Both the position numbers and the translations under genes were made by a program. Under the pieces are notes generated by a model, which saw only the letters and a program-made list of their open reading frames with translations, ran no database searches and was not told the origin of the DNA. A stretch of 63,841 bases of DNA, the filler included, from Octopus bimaculoides (lineage: Eukaryota), in assembly GCF_001194135.2 (NCBI RefSeq). It is 5 parts of 5 records of this genome, joined end to end, with 100 filler letters (N's around TTAATTAATTAA, not from the genome) between each part and the next. Parts side by side here need not be neighbours in the genome. Positions count along the whole stretch, not along the records: positions 13,092 to 30,651 come from NC_068985.1; positions 30,752 to 48,387 come from NC_069000.1; 3 more parts are not named here. One strand, 5' to 3'. Positions 26,411 to 40,786 of this stretch are shown piece after piece. Numbering within the stretch: position 1 is the stretch's first letter; every line of letters begins with the position of its first letter.

Positions 26411-26842
26411 AGGCGCATGAGTGGCTGTGTGGTAAATAGCTTGCTTATCAATCACATGGTCCCGGGTTTAGTCTCACTGCGTGGTAACTCGGGCAAGTGT
26501 CTCTTAGTATAGTCTCGGGCCGACCAAAGCCTTGTGGGTGGATTTGCTTGAAAGAATCGAAAAAAGACCGTGTATGTNNNNNNNNNNGGTGGATTTGCTT
26601 GAAAGAATCGAAAAAAGACCGTGTATGTGTTCGCATGTGTGTGTGTGCGTGTCTCCCACCGCCGTCGCTTGACAGCCGATGCTGGCATGTTTACCTGCAC
26701 ATAACTTACCGGTTCGGCAAAGGTGACGATAGAATAAGTACTAGGCTTAAAAAGAGGAAGTACTGGCGGTCGATTTGTTCGACTAAAGTCGGTGCTCCAG
26801 AAAGGCCGCAGTCAAATGACTGAAACTAGTAACAGAATAAAA
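26411..26842 (+). mobile_element. Near full-length tRNA-derived SINE
   Basis: aggcgcatgagtggctgtgtggtaa (A-box-like), ccgggtttagtctc (B-box-like), central (TG)n, 3' end tcaaatgactgaaac. Confidence 0.85.
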
Positions 26843-26924
26843 TGATACACAAACACATATAAATACCCCCCCACACACATATATATATATATACATATAC
26901 ATATATGTATGCACACACACACAG

Positions 26925-26956
<32 letters not shown>

Positions 26957-27079
26957 GCATGTGAAAGAAATATGCATTGTGAAGAACGAAAGCAATATTA
27001 ATTTAAAATACTAGTTTGTATATCATATTTCAAAAATGTCTCGGGTAGCCATAATAATAATAAGAACAACAACACCACC

Positions 27080-27152
<73 letters not shown>

Positions 27153-27399
27153 GTGGTGATGATGATTGATTGCAACAAATTGCACGAACACATTCACAAA
27201 TTTTTCACACAATTCTGATTTCCTTGCTATTGTAAATTATGGCAGATAACACGTCTTACATGAGGCACAGTTGTAAAAATCTAAATTATCTAACCAATCG
27301 GAGTTAACATTTAATTAAATAATGTGTTGATTTAATGTATCTATACGTGTTTGAAGTTGATATTTGATTTCAAATTCAATATGATCTCCCAGTAGTATT

Positions 27400-27515
27400 G
27401 ACAACGATAATCCTGACTATAATGATGACGTTGCTGCTGTTGCGGCTGCTGCTGCTGATGGTGATGATGATGATGCTGATGATGCTGATGATGATGAGAA
27501 TGAGGACGATGATGG

Positions 27516-27551
<36 letters not shown>

Positions 27552-27592
27552 GAATGATAACGATGATGGTGATGTTTATCAAGATAATGGTG

Positions 27593-27668
<76 letters not shown>

Positions 27669-27740
27669 GAAGAAGAAGAAGAAGAAGAAGAAGAAAAATA
27701 ATAATAAAAATAATAATAAAAATTATGATGATAATAATAG
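27400..27740. repeat. Compound trinucleotide microsatellite (GAT/GCT)n-(AAT)n-(AAG)n
   Basis: Visible directly; source of spurious homopolymer ORFs. Confidence 0.97.
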
Positions 27741-28045
27741 ATAATGTTATACACAAATAATTTGATGGGATACATGCACAACTAATGTATTGCCTAAATT
27801 TGCATATGATTAGACAGGGTCAGTGTGATATGTCAAATAATTTAAATTTCAACTTGAATGATCTTTATTGACATATTGACTCCTTGATCTGTATGATGTA
27901 ATTGCTAGGATTGGATATTAAAGAATATTAATTAATTTCTCGCATTCCCAAAAGAAGGAGTATGCTATATAAAGCTAAATGCTAACCAGTGTTCACTGCG
28001 TTACATTTTGTAGCAGCATGTACGTTTTCAGTCTATACATACATA

Positions 28046-28081
<36 letters not shown>

Positions 28082-31035
28082 TATATATACATACACATAT
28101 GTATGTTTGTGCGCGTCATTTACATATATATATGAACAAATTGTTTTAAACCTATTACACTATTTTTCTTTTCTTTTTTTTTTGCTCAGGTCAAACGCTG
28201 TAGTTTGACCAAACTATCAGTATATATCAGTACCTCGTATAGAAACTGTCGCCTGATCGACTATTCGGTTAGGACATTATGCAAAATTTTCTAACTCTCA
28301 TAGGGTACTTGGAATACATTATCCTTACAATATAATTTGGTCTGCCTAAACATATATAATTTGGTTTGTCTTCTGAGGTTCATAATATCGCACTTAACGT
28401 CAGTTTTCAAATATGTACTTGCGTGACGTGGTTTTTCCTTCGAGTCTTAGAAGTTTCATTCGTGTCTACGAATCGTAAATATCTCTCATATAATGTTGAT
28501 ATTAACATTTTAAATTTATACTTGTAACATATCTAGGTACTACTTCATCAAGGAGTTCGTTTCCTTCACGTATGGATTCCAGTTCCGTCTATGATAGTTA
28601 CTTCATTATATTTTTGAGTACAGATATTTTACTATTGACAGTGACTTCGAAAGTTCGAACTGTTAAACCATGGTCCGACAATGGCTTAGTTGGCCGAATT
28701 ATTCAAGATATATATATAGTTTTAGGGAAAATTTACTATATTTATCTTATGATATTTACTTTACTTTATATTATACTCATTTATTGTGCTTTTAATTATT
28801 AATTTTTTTCTATATGTGATAGTGGATTTTCATCGATGAGTTCTTGGTTATTTTCCCTAAAACTATATATTATATATATTTTATCTATAAAGCTCAATTT
28901 AATTTTAATTTTTTATAAATTGATTTTAATTGAGTTTTTACCTGTAATTTTGGATTTTGTCCCTGATATTATTATTATACATATATATNNNNNNNNNNNN
29001 NNNNNNNNNNNNNNNNNNNNNNNNNNNNNNNNNNNNNNNNNNNNNNNNNNNNNNNNNNNNNNNNNNNNNNNNNNNNNNNNNNNNNNNNNNNNNNNNNNNN
29101 NNNNNNNNNNNNNNNNNNNNNNNNNNNNNNNNNNNNNNNNNNNNNNNNNNNNNNNNNNNNNNNNNNNNNNNNNNNNNNNNNNNNNNNNNNNNNNNNNNNN
29201 NNNNNNNNNNNNNNNNNNNNNTGTGTGCGTTTGTGCGAGCGTGTTTGTCTGTGTGTGTTTTTGTCTATATTTGCATGTCTTTCTATTTGTTCTTGTATGA
29301 CCAAATCCTCGAAAATCAGCGGTTTGATAAAAAACAAAAAGTGTCGTATGAGTACTATAAGAATACATGTAAGACTGGTGTCGGCTTGATCACATGAACC
29401 CATGAAGTCGCTGTCCCTGCATGACCGCAGTCTAATGATGCTTATTTCCAGACAATTCTGACCAAGTAATACTGTAATCAAAATCAATCAACTCATGACC
29501 ACCTCAACTATTTATTCTCATTATATTGAGAATATTACTTCGATCACACGTCAAATCCCTTTGTGTTCTGTATTAAGACACAAAAGTAAAACATTTGACA
29601 GAGGTTTCGCTGTTACTTTTATCAGTTGGAACGACCACGTAGAAACTCACTCCCGAGTTTGATCTCTGTGTGATTTGGGAAAACTTCTAGAAAGGAAATA
29701 AATACGTTACAATTTAACACAAAATGAAATTACCCAAATATACTCTAACATTCATAACAACTAAATTTGGTTTATTCTTAGAAAACCTTATTTCGTGCCA
29801 TTCTCTACTTTGCTTCGCAAACGTAATAACGATAAGTAACATACAGTAAAATTACTATATCACTTCAAGTAACTTGACTCTATTTTAAAGTGCCATAAAT
29901 GACTCAAATGCCATTATAATTTAGCGCTGTTGTCTACAAAATTGCAGTTAGATAGATTACTCCATCGAAAATAGACAATTAAAACATTGAACAACAGAAT
30001 TGTTGAACGTTATCGCTTGTGCAAAATGGTAAAACTTGGTGAAGTGTATTCTTTGAAATGTTATCTTACACTTAGAGATTCAGACATATGTGACATGGGC
30101 AATAACGTTCTAGAACTTTTAACACATGAAAATTGGTAGCTGTTTTCCGCCTAGATTTCTTTACTTGAAACGTGTTATTAAAATTTCAAAACGGTACGAT
30201 ATACAGATTCAGTAATATCTTATGAGAAAGCAACAATAAATATTAACTTTTGAAATGAAACGTTTATGAGGTGCTAATCAAATATAATTACCACAATTCG
30301 AAAAGATTAGTGGCAGTCAGCGACAAGAATATTCAACACATACACGATAAAATATTGAAGTCAACAGCTATGTCTTATCTCTTTCTCACGCTACTTTCGT
30401 TTACTCTTCATACAGACTGTATTATGTATGTATGTATGTATGTATGTATGTATGTATGCATGTATGTATGTATATATGTATATATGTATGTATGTATGTA
30501 TGTATATATGTATGTACGTATGTATGTATGTATGTATGAATGAATGAATGTATGTATGAATGAATGAATGTATGTATGAGTGTTGGTATGCATTTACGCA
30601 TATATGCATTCATATATATATATGTGTATACACACACACATGTACATATATNNNNNNNNNNNNNNNNNNNNNNNNNNNNNNNNNNNNNNNNNNNNTTAAT
30701 TAATTAANNNNNNNNNNNNNNNNNNNNNNNNNNNNNNNNNNNNNNNNNNNNTATGAATAAATGCATATATGTATTCATGCATGCATGCATGCATGTATGT
30801 CTGTATGTATGTATGTGTGTATATATGTATGTATGCGAGTGTGTATATATCGTTGTGTTTTTCAATCATTGAAAGTCGTACAACAATGTAGAGTAAGATT
30901 TTAAATGTCATTCACTATACTAGGAATAGAAATTGAAGTCAAACTAACAGTGATGACAGGAAAGAGATGATGAAGATGATGATGATGACGATGGTGATGA
31001 CGGTGATGGTAGTGATGATGATGATGATAATGATT

Positions 31036-31098
<63 letters not shown>

Positions 31099-31235
31099 GC
31101 GGTGGTGGTGGTGGTGTTGTTAGTGGCGATGGGGAACCTTATGAGCTGTCTTATCAGAAAATGTGCGTGACAATCGATTCAATATATGCACACATGCACA
31201 CATGCATACACCACACACATACACACACACACACA

Positions 31236-31296
<61 letters not shown>

Positions 31297-31608
31297 GCAT
31301 GTATGCAATTATCTGGATATTCTGTCGGCGCAATACAATTTCCGTCAGATATGGCTAATGTTTGTAGCAGATCAGGATGCAACGAGTTGGAAGAATCAGC
31401 AGAATGTTAGCATTGAATATTTGTTATCCTTATATTTTCTGTTGTTCTGATGTTATTTAACTTCACGATGAGATATATATCAAATGACAATCCTGCCGTG
31501 ACCACGGTATATAACTAGGATCACACTACATTATTTACACTATTTACATTTGTCGGATATTTGTCCTCACCTTGTTTGTTGTTAACACAATCAGTGACGT
31601 CCTTAATA

Positions 31609-31894
31609 AAATGTAAGCTCAACAGACTTGATATAATGATTTGGGATTGAGAAAAGAAACTGTGTAAAGTTGTGGAAATTAGCTGGCCCGAAGATGTTAA
31701 TATAAAGCTGGAAAAGAGAACGCCCCTTGCTGAACTATTGAGAAATCTGCAGTTACTCTAAGATATTTAGAGAGAAGTTTAGGTTTATAAGTGTAAGTGT
31801 TCGGACCCCGTGATATGTAATACACTGTCTAAATACCGATCTTGAGAAATTAGGCTTCTGAAAACCAGAAAGGAGAAAGCTAATTCGAAGATTA
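31609..31894 (+). pseudogene. RLE (PD-D/ExK) endonuclease fragment of an R4-like LINE
   Basis: KCKLNRLDIMIWD*EKKLCKVVEISWPEDVNIKL..AELLRNLQLL (NRPD and E catalytic motif region). Confidence 0.7.
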
Positions 31895-31940
<46 letters not shown>

Positions 31941-32579
31941 CGACGACGATGATGATGACGATGATGATGATGATGATGATGATGTGGTGGTGATATTGAT
32001 GAAATTGAACTTCAAGAATAAATATCATTTATGAAACGAAAAATGCTGGAAAACATAAAAAGAAAACAAATACAAAACAAATTAAGAGAAAAATGAAAGA
32101 AAATGGAAAAATGAAGGACATAAGAATGAAGAAATATCAGAAGAAAGTGGAATAGGAGGAGTTGAAAGGATGTAATGGTAAAGAAGAAAGAGAAGAGAAG
32201 TAAAGAATTAGATAAGAAGTGTAGAATAGTTTTATGATTAAGAATAGTTCAAAGATATAACGATAGAATAGAAGAATTGGAGAATTAGAAGGAAAGAATG
32301 AAACAAGAATATAAGAAGAAACACAGAAAGGAAAAGAGAAGGAATATATGAAAGAACAAAAGATTCTGAGAAGAAAATGCAAAGATATTTGTGAAGAAAG
32401 ATTAAAAAATTTAGAAGAAAGGAAATAAGTAAATGATGAGTAGCGATAAGGGAAAACGCGCCATTACAAAAAGATAGAGGGCGAGAATGAGGCTGACTAG
32501 CAGAGACAGACTGAGAAGCGAAGACAGAGGAGAAAAGAGAGAGATAGAGAGGGTTAGAGTGTGTGTGTGTGAGACAGAT

Positions 32580-32696
<117 letters not shown>

Positions 32697-33141
32697 GTGA
32701 GTGAAAAGTGGTCAATATAAATAATTAACGGATTGATGACAGATAAGAAGAGATATAAAACAACGTAAAAATTTGAAATGATAAATAAAAACAATAATTT
32801 TTTTTTTAAGAATAAAATATTTGGAAATTAAATATTAGATGTCAGTATGACATTAACAAGGAACATTTATGCCTTACACATATATACATATATGAAAATA
32901 ACACACACACAAACACACACGCGTATATACATATGTATTGTTTCTGTACTTTTAACCTTCATCTGTTGATAGAATTTCTTTATAATTAATTGTCTTAGGA
33001 GTTATCAGTTAAAACTTGATCTTCACATTTACATATATAGCATACGTTTATATATAGAGATACATACATACATATNNNNNNNNNNNNNNNNNNNNNNNNN
33101 NNNNNNNNNNNNNNNNNNNNNNNNNNNNNNNNNNNNNNNNN

Positions 33142-33175
<34 letters not shown>

Positions 33176-33649
33176 TGTGTGTCTATGCGTGTAAGTGTGA
33201 AAGTATGTGTGTGCATGTACAAATGTATGTATATGCATATATATATATATTTGTATATATATATACATATATTCAAATATATTGGTATGTATATATCTAC
33301 ACACACACACACACATATATATATGTGTGTGTGTGTATGTATGTATGTATGTATGTATGTATGTATGTATGTATGTATATACAAATGGTAAGAAGAGAAT
33401 GAAAGTTCTTTAACACATCTTTCCTGATTCGTTACAATCGTTTCTGTCTATTTTACACAAAAATTCGAAGTGAAAATTTACGTAATATATGCATATACGT
33501 AAGGTGAGCAAAAGTGTACGTACGTCGCTATAAGTATATATAAATATAGAAAATGGAATAAAGATGCAATACAGGACAATAAAACATCTGGACAGATAGA
33601 TGCTACAAAGACGGACAGGAAAAAAACAACAATTACAGGGACACGTACT

Positions 33650-33935
33650 ATCGCCCTCTCCAAACATCTGCGTAAAGTGTTGCTGAAAAGTCGCACATAT
33701 CTGCTCGGATTCACGTAGCACGAGCCCATCCCGATCCGTCAAATACCTGATCGTGGTCTTGTTTCCACGTCACGTCTCCACCAATTCGAGCCCATCGGAC
33801 AGCTTTAGATCCTTCCTGTTTAAGCGCACAGGCCATAGACCTAACAACGCAACCTTCGTGTTTCGCTCCGAAGATATGGTCAGAGGTCATTCTCGCCGCA
33901 ATGCCATCAATCGCCTTTTCTAATTTGCTAACTAG
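33650..33935 (-). pseudogene. Tx1/L1-clade LINE ORF2 fragment, endonuclease-RT linker
   Basis: AKHEGCVVRS...GNKTTIRYLTDRDGLVLRESEQICATFQQHFTQMF. Confidence 0.6.
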
Positions 33936-34000
33936 TTAACCTTCTAATCTATTCCTTTATTTTGCTAACTCTTTGCTAAACGCTAATGTTAATAATAATG

Positions 34001-34095
<95 letters not shown>

Positions 34096-34876
34096 AAGAA
34101 GAAGAAGAAGAAGAAGAAGAAGAAGAAGAAGAAGAAGATTGATAATAGGAATTAAAATAATAATTATTATTAATATTATTATTATACAGCAAATTCGATA
34201 ATATGCTGATATACTATACATAATATATATCATTTTTAAAATTTCTATCTTGAAAGGTTATTATCATAGGAAATATAAATATTGGGCTAACAACGCTGGG
34301 GAAAGAAAACGAAGAAGCTTTTCACCATGGTAATTACAGTTATTTACCGCCTTATTTGCTTCGAGATACACGGTTCCAAACGAAAATTATTCTATATTCA
34401 CTTGAAGTTCATAAATTCTTATTATGTGAACAATTATGACCTAGTTTCTATTAAATATTTTGGTGCTTATCAAAAATTCATCAAGTGAATATTAATTTTC
34501 AACTTATGAATATTAATTAATTTCAAGTAAAATTTAATTATATGAATTATTCATGTATGTAAACTCCACTCACTCCACTTACAATTGCTCCCTCATCTAC
34601 ATCTTCCATTCCTCCACGGCCTCCTTTGGTTTTCCTCATTCTCCCCCGTTATCTTCATTACTCTTTTGTCTCTTACTACCCGTCTATGTGTGTGGGGTGG
34701 TATGTATTGTTCTATCACTCATTAACTGCAAACAAGCCTACTATTTGCACACACGCTGCTCCAATGCTATTACTTCTCTCTCAATATCTTAATTATTTTC
34801 TCCCTCTCTTTCGCTCTTAGATGTACAAGAAGACTGCAGAAACCATCCAGCCATTTAATATTTATATTGCCGATCA

Positions 34877-35119
34877 CAATAATACCCCGCCATATTGCGG
34901 TTCATCTATCGCAGTTCAGCTATCGTGATTCAGCTATCACGGTTCACCTATCGCGGTTTACTATTTAAGTTTACGTCGATTCCTCTGGGATATTGTTTTG
35001 CATTTATAAGATAAATATGTACAAATTATAAAAACAATAAAAAAATATACAGTACAGTTCTGTTTCTACTTCGTGTGGGTGGTTTGGAACATAATACCGC
35101 GATAGTCGAGGGATTACTG
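34877..35119. mobile_element. pogo/Tigger-like MITE with 14-bp subterminal tandem repeats
   Basis: Right end ccgcgatagtcgagggattactg+TA, degenerate left end caataataccccgccatattgcgg, four units of gcggttcanctatc. Confidence 0.7.
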
Positions 35120-35154
35120 TATATGCATTCACATAAACACACACACACACACAC

Positions 35155-35440
35155 ACCAACATATCATGTGATCACGTGATCGACCAGAGTGCTATTATAT
35201 ATCGCTTGTGACAATGGGCTTTTGCACTGTTTTAGATTTTCAATGATACCAGCCAGGTGGTTAAGCAACCAAGCCCAAATTGGCCTCCTCATCGGAAGGC
35301 CAATGCATCGCATGATTACCCGTTACGGCTGAATGGACTCGTGCAAGTGAAATGAAATATTTTGCTCAAGAAAACACAACCAGTTCCTCTCTGTGAGGGA
35401 ATCGAACCCATGATAAAGCACCATCACACATGCTTTCATA
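35155..35440 (-). mobile_element. Decayed tRNA-derived SINE of a third family
   Basis: ggctgaatggactcgtgcaagtgaaatgaaatattttgctcaag..gggaatcgaaccc, similar to 39640. Confidence 0.65.
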
Positions 35441-35451
35441 TATATATATAC

Positions 35452-35518
<67 letters not shown>

Positions 35519-35519
35519 A

Positions 35520-35873
35520 ATATTTGTGTTGGTGAGATCCAGGCCGTTATTGACATTGATCCCTCCAAGTCAATCAGGTCCATCGCCAGGGACATGGGAG
35601 TGTCCGAGTTCCTTATTACGCAGGTAGTGCAAGAAAACATTTGGTATTCCCTTTCTCAAGATGAGAAAGGGCCAGGAGACCGTCCAGAAATGTTGCAGGA
35701 GATCCCGAAGTCGTCTGATTGAAGCCAATGGTGGTTTTATTGAATAAATTTACTCATTAGTATTTCAAGACATTTCTATGTAATTTCGATAAATATATCT
35801 GTTAAAATGAGATGTCAGTGTTATTTTCATTTTTGCCTAATTTAGACGACAATTTATTCACCGCACCTTTGTA
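35520..35873 (+). mobile_element. Internally deleted Tc1/mariner (maT/DD37D-like) transposon with its right end
   Basis: HTH peptide EIQAVIDIDPSKSIRSIARDMGVSEFLI fused to C-terminal ETVQKCCRR..SRLIEANGGFIE*; ends ttcaccgcacctttg+TA. Confidence 0.75.
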
Positions 35874-37450
35874 CGTATGCATGTACATACGTACGTATAC
35901 GTATATTTGTATGCATATATATTTATGTATATTGAAGTCTACGTCTGTGTGAGCAACGTAAACAATAGCAGCAACGAGAGCAATAGAACAAAAGAAAATA
36001 CACCATCACTGCGACGGCTGCATTAAACCATGAAAGCACACTCTTGGCTATTTCACCTCCACATTCTAAGAAAACCCTCATTTTGTCGGACTATTATTTC
36101 CATTATTTTTATTAATTGTAGTTATAATCGCTTGCTTAATAATGATTATGAAAACGGCATTATTATTTATAAGAATAATAATTGTATTATTCTTTCTCTA
36201 AGAAACCGGAGAAGTGCTTTCATCTCGCGTGATTTGTGAAACTCCGCACTCGGGTATTTGTAAGAGGCTTTTCAATCTGTTGAATGGAAGTCTTTTGTGT
36301 AGCAGATTACTCAATTACGCTTAATGAACAGCGATCGATAGTGTCAAGCTATCTATATTGTATTTCGAAGAAATATTAATTATATTTTTCGCTGATAAGA
36401 TTATGTTAGTAGTCTCTTCGTTCCGATTAATTTTGACAACACTTTTCATTTATTAAATTTAGTTGAATTTTAAGAAATTTTTAAGTGCAATTGAAATTTA
36501 AAATTACACAAATGATATATAATGGTTAAATATTTTGAGATGAATGGAATCTGTAATAATGATTAATTTGACAGGATACGAGATCACATTTTGTTATCTT
36601 CTTAAAACAATTAGCAGAATAATATTTTTTTTTACGACAGGTAAACTAATGATCATAGTTTTCTTCGACCAGAGGTTACCTTGAATTATGAAAGAGCAAC
36701 CACAGCCACAGCTCTCCTGTTTCGATTTGCCTGTGGTCCCATTAATTTAAACGAATTCATTTTGGCATCGACTCCTAACATGATTTGCTTCTTACATCAA
36801 TTGTCGCCTTGAATTTGTATCGCATACTTCGTGAATTTTTCAGCCGTCTGTGGTTAGGAAGCGTGTATGACTTGGTCCTATGTACCGGCCATTTGCTAAT
36901 TGCTTTAGGTGCCTCGGTATTCGCGAGCGGACATCAAAATGTTCTTAACCTAACACAATTCACCAAGCAGAAAGACAGAGAAAGAGTGAGAGGGAGAAAG
37001 TGAGAGAGAGAGGGAGGAAGGAGGGAGAGATGGGAGGACTAGAGACGAGAAAGTGACCTCCAGCTACAGACTAACTGGTACGTGTTACTTCAGATTAAAC
37101 GGAGGAAGCGTGAAACAAAGTCTTTTGCTAAAGATCACGGTACTCACACCACGCCATATCTGTGAGATGAACACTCTAACCAAAAAGCCGCAAATTGCTA
37201 CGCCAATGATGCAGTCAATGCTTTGTGTGAGCTTCATAAACTCTCGCTCTTTCTCTCATAAACTGAAAAGCAAAATTGAACTCATGTATTCCTGCTTCTG
37301 TGCGCCAATCCATTTACTTGGTTATGTATATCCCCTGCCAGTTTAATAATCATGTTGATGATTATGGTGGCGGTGATGACGACGACAACGACGACGACGA
37401 TGATGATGATGAAGATGATGAAGATGATGATGATGATGATGATGATGAAC

Positions 37451-37495
<45 letters not shown>

Positions 37496-38726
37496 GTGTG
37501 TCGAGAATTTTTTAAACTGCAGCGACAACATACCATTGTGATTTGCTAAAATTTAATAAACTGTTTCTGCTTAAAAAGCCTGAAGAGCAATGTGATACGA
37601 GAGGCTGTTTTTGCTATTTCCAATGGAATTAAACATTATAGTTATATTAAATTTGTTTTTATTAGTTGTAACTGGATACCTCAGGTATTTGCACAATCCT
37701 AGAATTATAAAATAATTGCAGTGAATTAATAGCCCAGTGGACATCTTAATGGCGATCTGGCGTTCAATTTATATATTTGCACCGTTCCACCGGATGTCGA
37801 GTGCATTGGTGTAGTATGCAGAATTTCTTCCTTACGGGCGTGGACCGAAATCTAAATTGATATAACATAATTATTGATTTGTAACTAATACTGATAAATC
37901 GTTTCTAATACTAAGGTTGGCCGAATTGAGGTTACGGTGTTCAGATATTCTTAAAATGACTTTCGATAGAAATGCGAAGTTTCATATTAGCAAATAAATT
38001 TATTTCTAATAGTTTCATGTTTATTTTCACTTGCCCGCACAGGGACACTGTGTGTATGTCCTAAGCAACATTCTTTATGTTCGTATCCTTTCACAATATT
38101 GTGATCATTTTGCAGGATGACTATACTTTTAATATAATGATTGGGCTTAGCGTGAAGATCAGGGCTTATTCATACGACTTCGATGCCATTGACGAAAGGA
38201 TTGGCCTATCAAGGTCGACTAATGATTAAAGGACAATAATAAAAGCAAGAATAATAAACACATATTTTCTAATAATGAGGAACAATATGGTGTATATTGA
38301 TACAATTAGGCAAACGCGCGCGCACAGAAGAAGCATAGAGATAAACCACATGAGACACAAGATATATAATGTGTGTGACATGACGTCACAGTGTTTAAAA
38401 TTGCTAATTAGTGAGGTGAGAACTTCAAAGGAATTTAGGATATCGCCTCTGTATTAATAATATGGATGAAATTTAGTGTTGGTTCTAGTTTCATTAGTAA
38501 AGATGGAAAGAAGAGCAGATGAAAAGAAACTTCAACCAACTTCTGTCATCACTGTTAATGAAATCAATTAACAAAGACCCCCCACACATACACACACGCA
38601 CACACACACGCACGCACACACACTCACATGCACTCGCACATACAAAAGCACACACACACACGAACACGCACATATAAACAAATATATACCTTCACACATA
38701 CATGCGTGCATACAAAATACATACAC

Positions 38727-38813
<87 letters not shown>

Positions 38814-39639
38814 NNNNNNNNNNNNNNNNNNNNNNNNNNNNNNNNNNNNNNNNNNNNNNNNNNNNNNNNNNNNNNNNNNNNNNNNNNNNNNNNNNNNNNN
38901 NNNNNNNNNNNNNNNNNNNNNNNNNNNNNNNNNNNNNNNNNNNNNNNNNNNNNNNNNNNNNNNNNNNNNNNNNNNNNNNNNNNNNNNNNNNNNTATATAT
39001 ATATATATATATATGTATGTATATATACATATATGTGTATAGATATGTATGTATGTATGTATGTACGTACATATATTTATATATACTTCAAAAGTTTGTT
39101 GCTACAATTATTTCGTAATTTGAAATATTTTTCTACTAAATAGTTTCCTGTAAATTTTGCCGAGAGCGAAATATATATTCATTAAGAATAATAAATTTTA
39201 GCTGTACGGTGACGGGGGAATTAGTGGAGTGTTACATTCACACTTTAAATCTTTAAGTAGACAAATTATAGCTTGAATGATGTACACAATACAGAGGGGT
39301 TCAAAATATTACTTATCCTCAATTTTAATTATATATTTTGCTTCTTTCCCAAAACCTATCGTCTCGAAACAAATTACTTTGAGATATTGCGTTATCAATT
39401 GAAGAAAAGATATCTTTCAGTCAACTTTCGTCAGTATAGGCTTCCATCATGAGAAATGGTTGCGATGAGACAGCATCGTTGTGTTTTTCGTCTATGAACC
39501 AAAATGACTTCCCGTTGGCGAGTTGACGGCAGTGGCTTCCTTATTGCTCAACCCCTCTTCATATCTTATAAATCAACTCCTGTCACTTGGTACATCATCA
39601 ACTAAAGGCTCACACCTCTGAGACAGCGTCTGTATGTAT

Positions 39640-39816
39640 GTAGGACACAGGATTTGTCAAGGCCAACCCTTTGATGTACAGGAATGACTCACTTGTGACA
39701 GCTGAGTGGACTGGAGCAATGTGAAATAAAGTGTCTTGCTCATAGGCACAATGCGTCACTGGGAGTGAAACTCAAGACCCATGAACCGATTACCCTGCCA
39801 ACTAGGCCAGGCGCGT
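39640..39816 (-). mobile_element. tRNA-derived SINE, 5' part
   Basis: cagctgagtggactggagcaatgtgaaataaagtgtcttgctc..gggagtgaaactcaagacc. Confidence 0.75.
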
Positions 39817-39880
39817 CCACACGCGCACACACACATATACACATACATAAGCATATACAAACATATATACACATACATGC

Positions 39881-39942
<62 letters not shown>

Positions 39943-40223
39943 TTTTTTTTTCATTTTTCATTTCATTTCATCCAGTTTCAGCTCATGAGCTGTGGCCATG
40001 CTTGGGCACCGCCATTTGGTGTTGCTACACAATTTTACTTCAGGAATTGTATGTATGTATGTATGTATAAAGAATAAGATGCTTTGAATGACACAACAAA
40101 GCACTTTAATACAAACAATGGACTATAAGAACTGCTGTAATTTAATCATCCATTGACTGATATAATATTTCAGAATATAAAAATTCCTTCTTCAGATATC
40201 CCTAGGTATTGACGGAGTCGTTG

Positions 40224-40261
<38 letters not shown>

Positions 40262-40729
40262 NNNNNNNNNNNNNNNNNNNNNNNNNNNNNNNNNNNNNNN
40301 NNNNNNNNNNNNNNNNNNNNNNNNNNNNNNNTTTGTGTGTGTGTGTGTGTGTGTGTGTGTACATATATATGTACCCCACAATACCATATTGGATGCATAG
40401 CATCCAATGCACCCTCTCGTACTTCGGAATGATGTAACTAACTTCTTTAATTTTGAAACTGCACAATCAGCACTTTTTGTCACTTGATGATTTCTGCCTT
40501 TTGTGTAGAACATATTGCATGGGATTTATTGTTCTTGTATTGTGCGGAGGTATCCAACAAAGTGAGATGTTATAAATGCGCATATGTATATAAGAAGTTC
40601 CTTGTTTCACTCTAGGTATTTGTACGCCTATGTAGATTTTTCTCGTGTATTAGCTTACGCTTAGATACATACTATAAGGATGCATACTTATGTATATGTA
40701 TATGTGTATATGTATATGTGTATATGTAC

Positions 40730-40786
<57 letters not shown>

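Noticed and set aside
26537-26628. 41-bp direct repeat inside a SINE
   Set aside because: The two copies flank a 10-N gap, so this is an unmerged contig overlap.
36785-37346. 72-aa and 97-aa non-repetitive ORFs, and similarly 46611-46907
   Set aside because: No recognisable domain, no convincing splice sites, and lengths within chance expectation.
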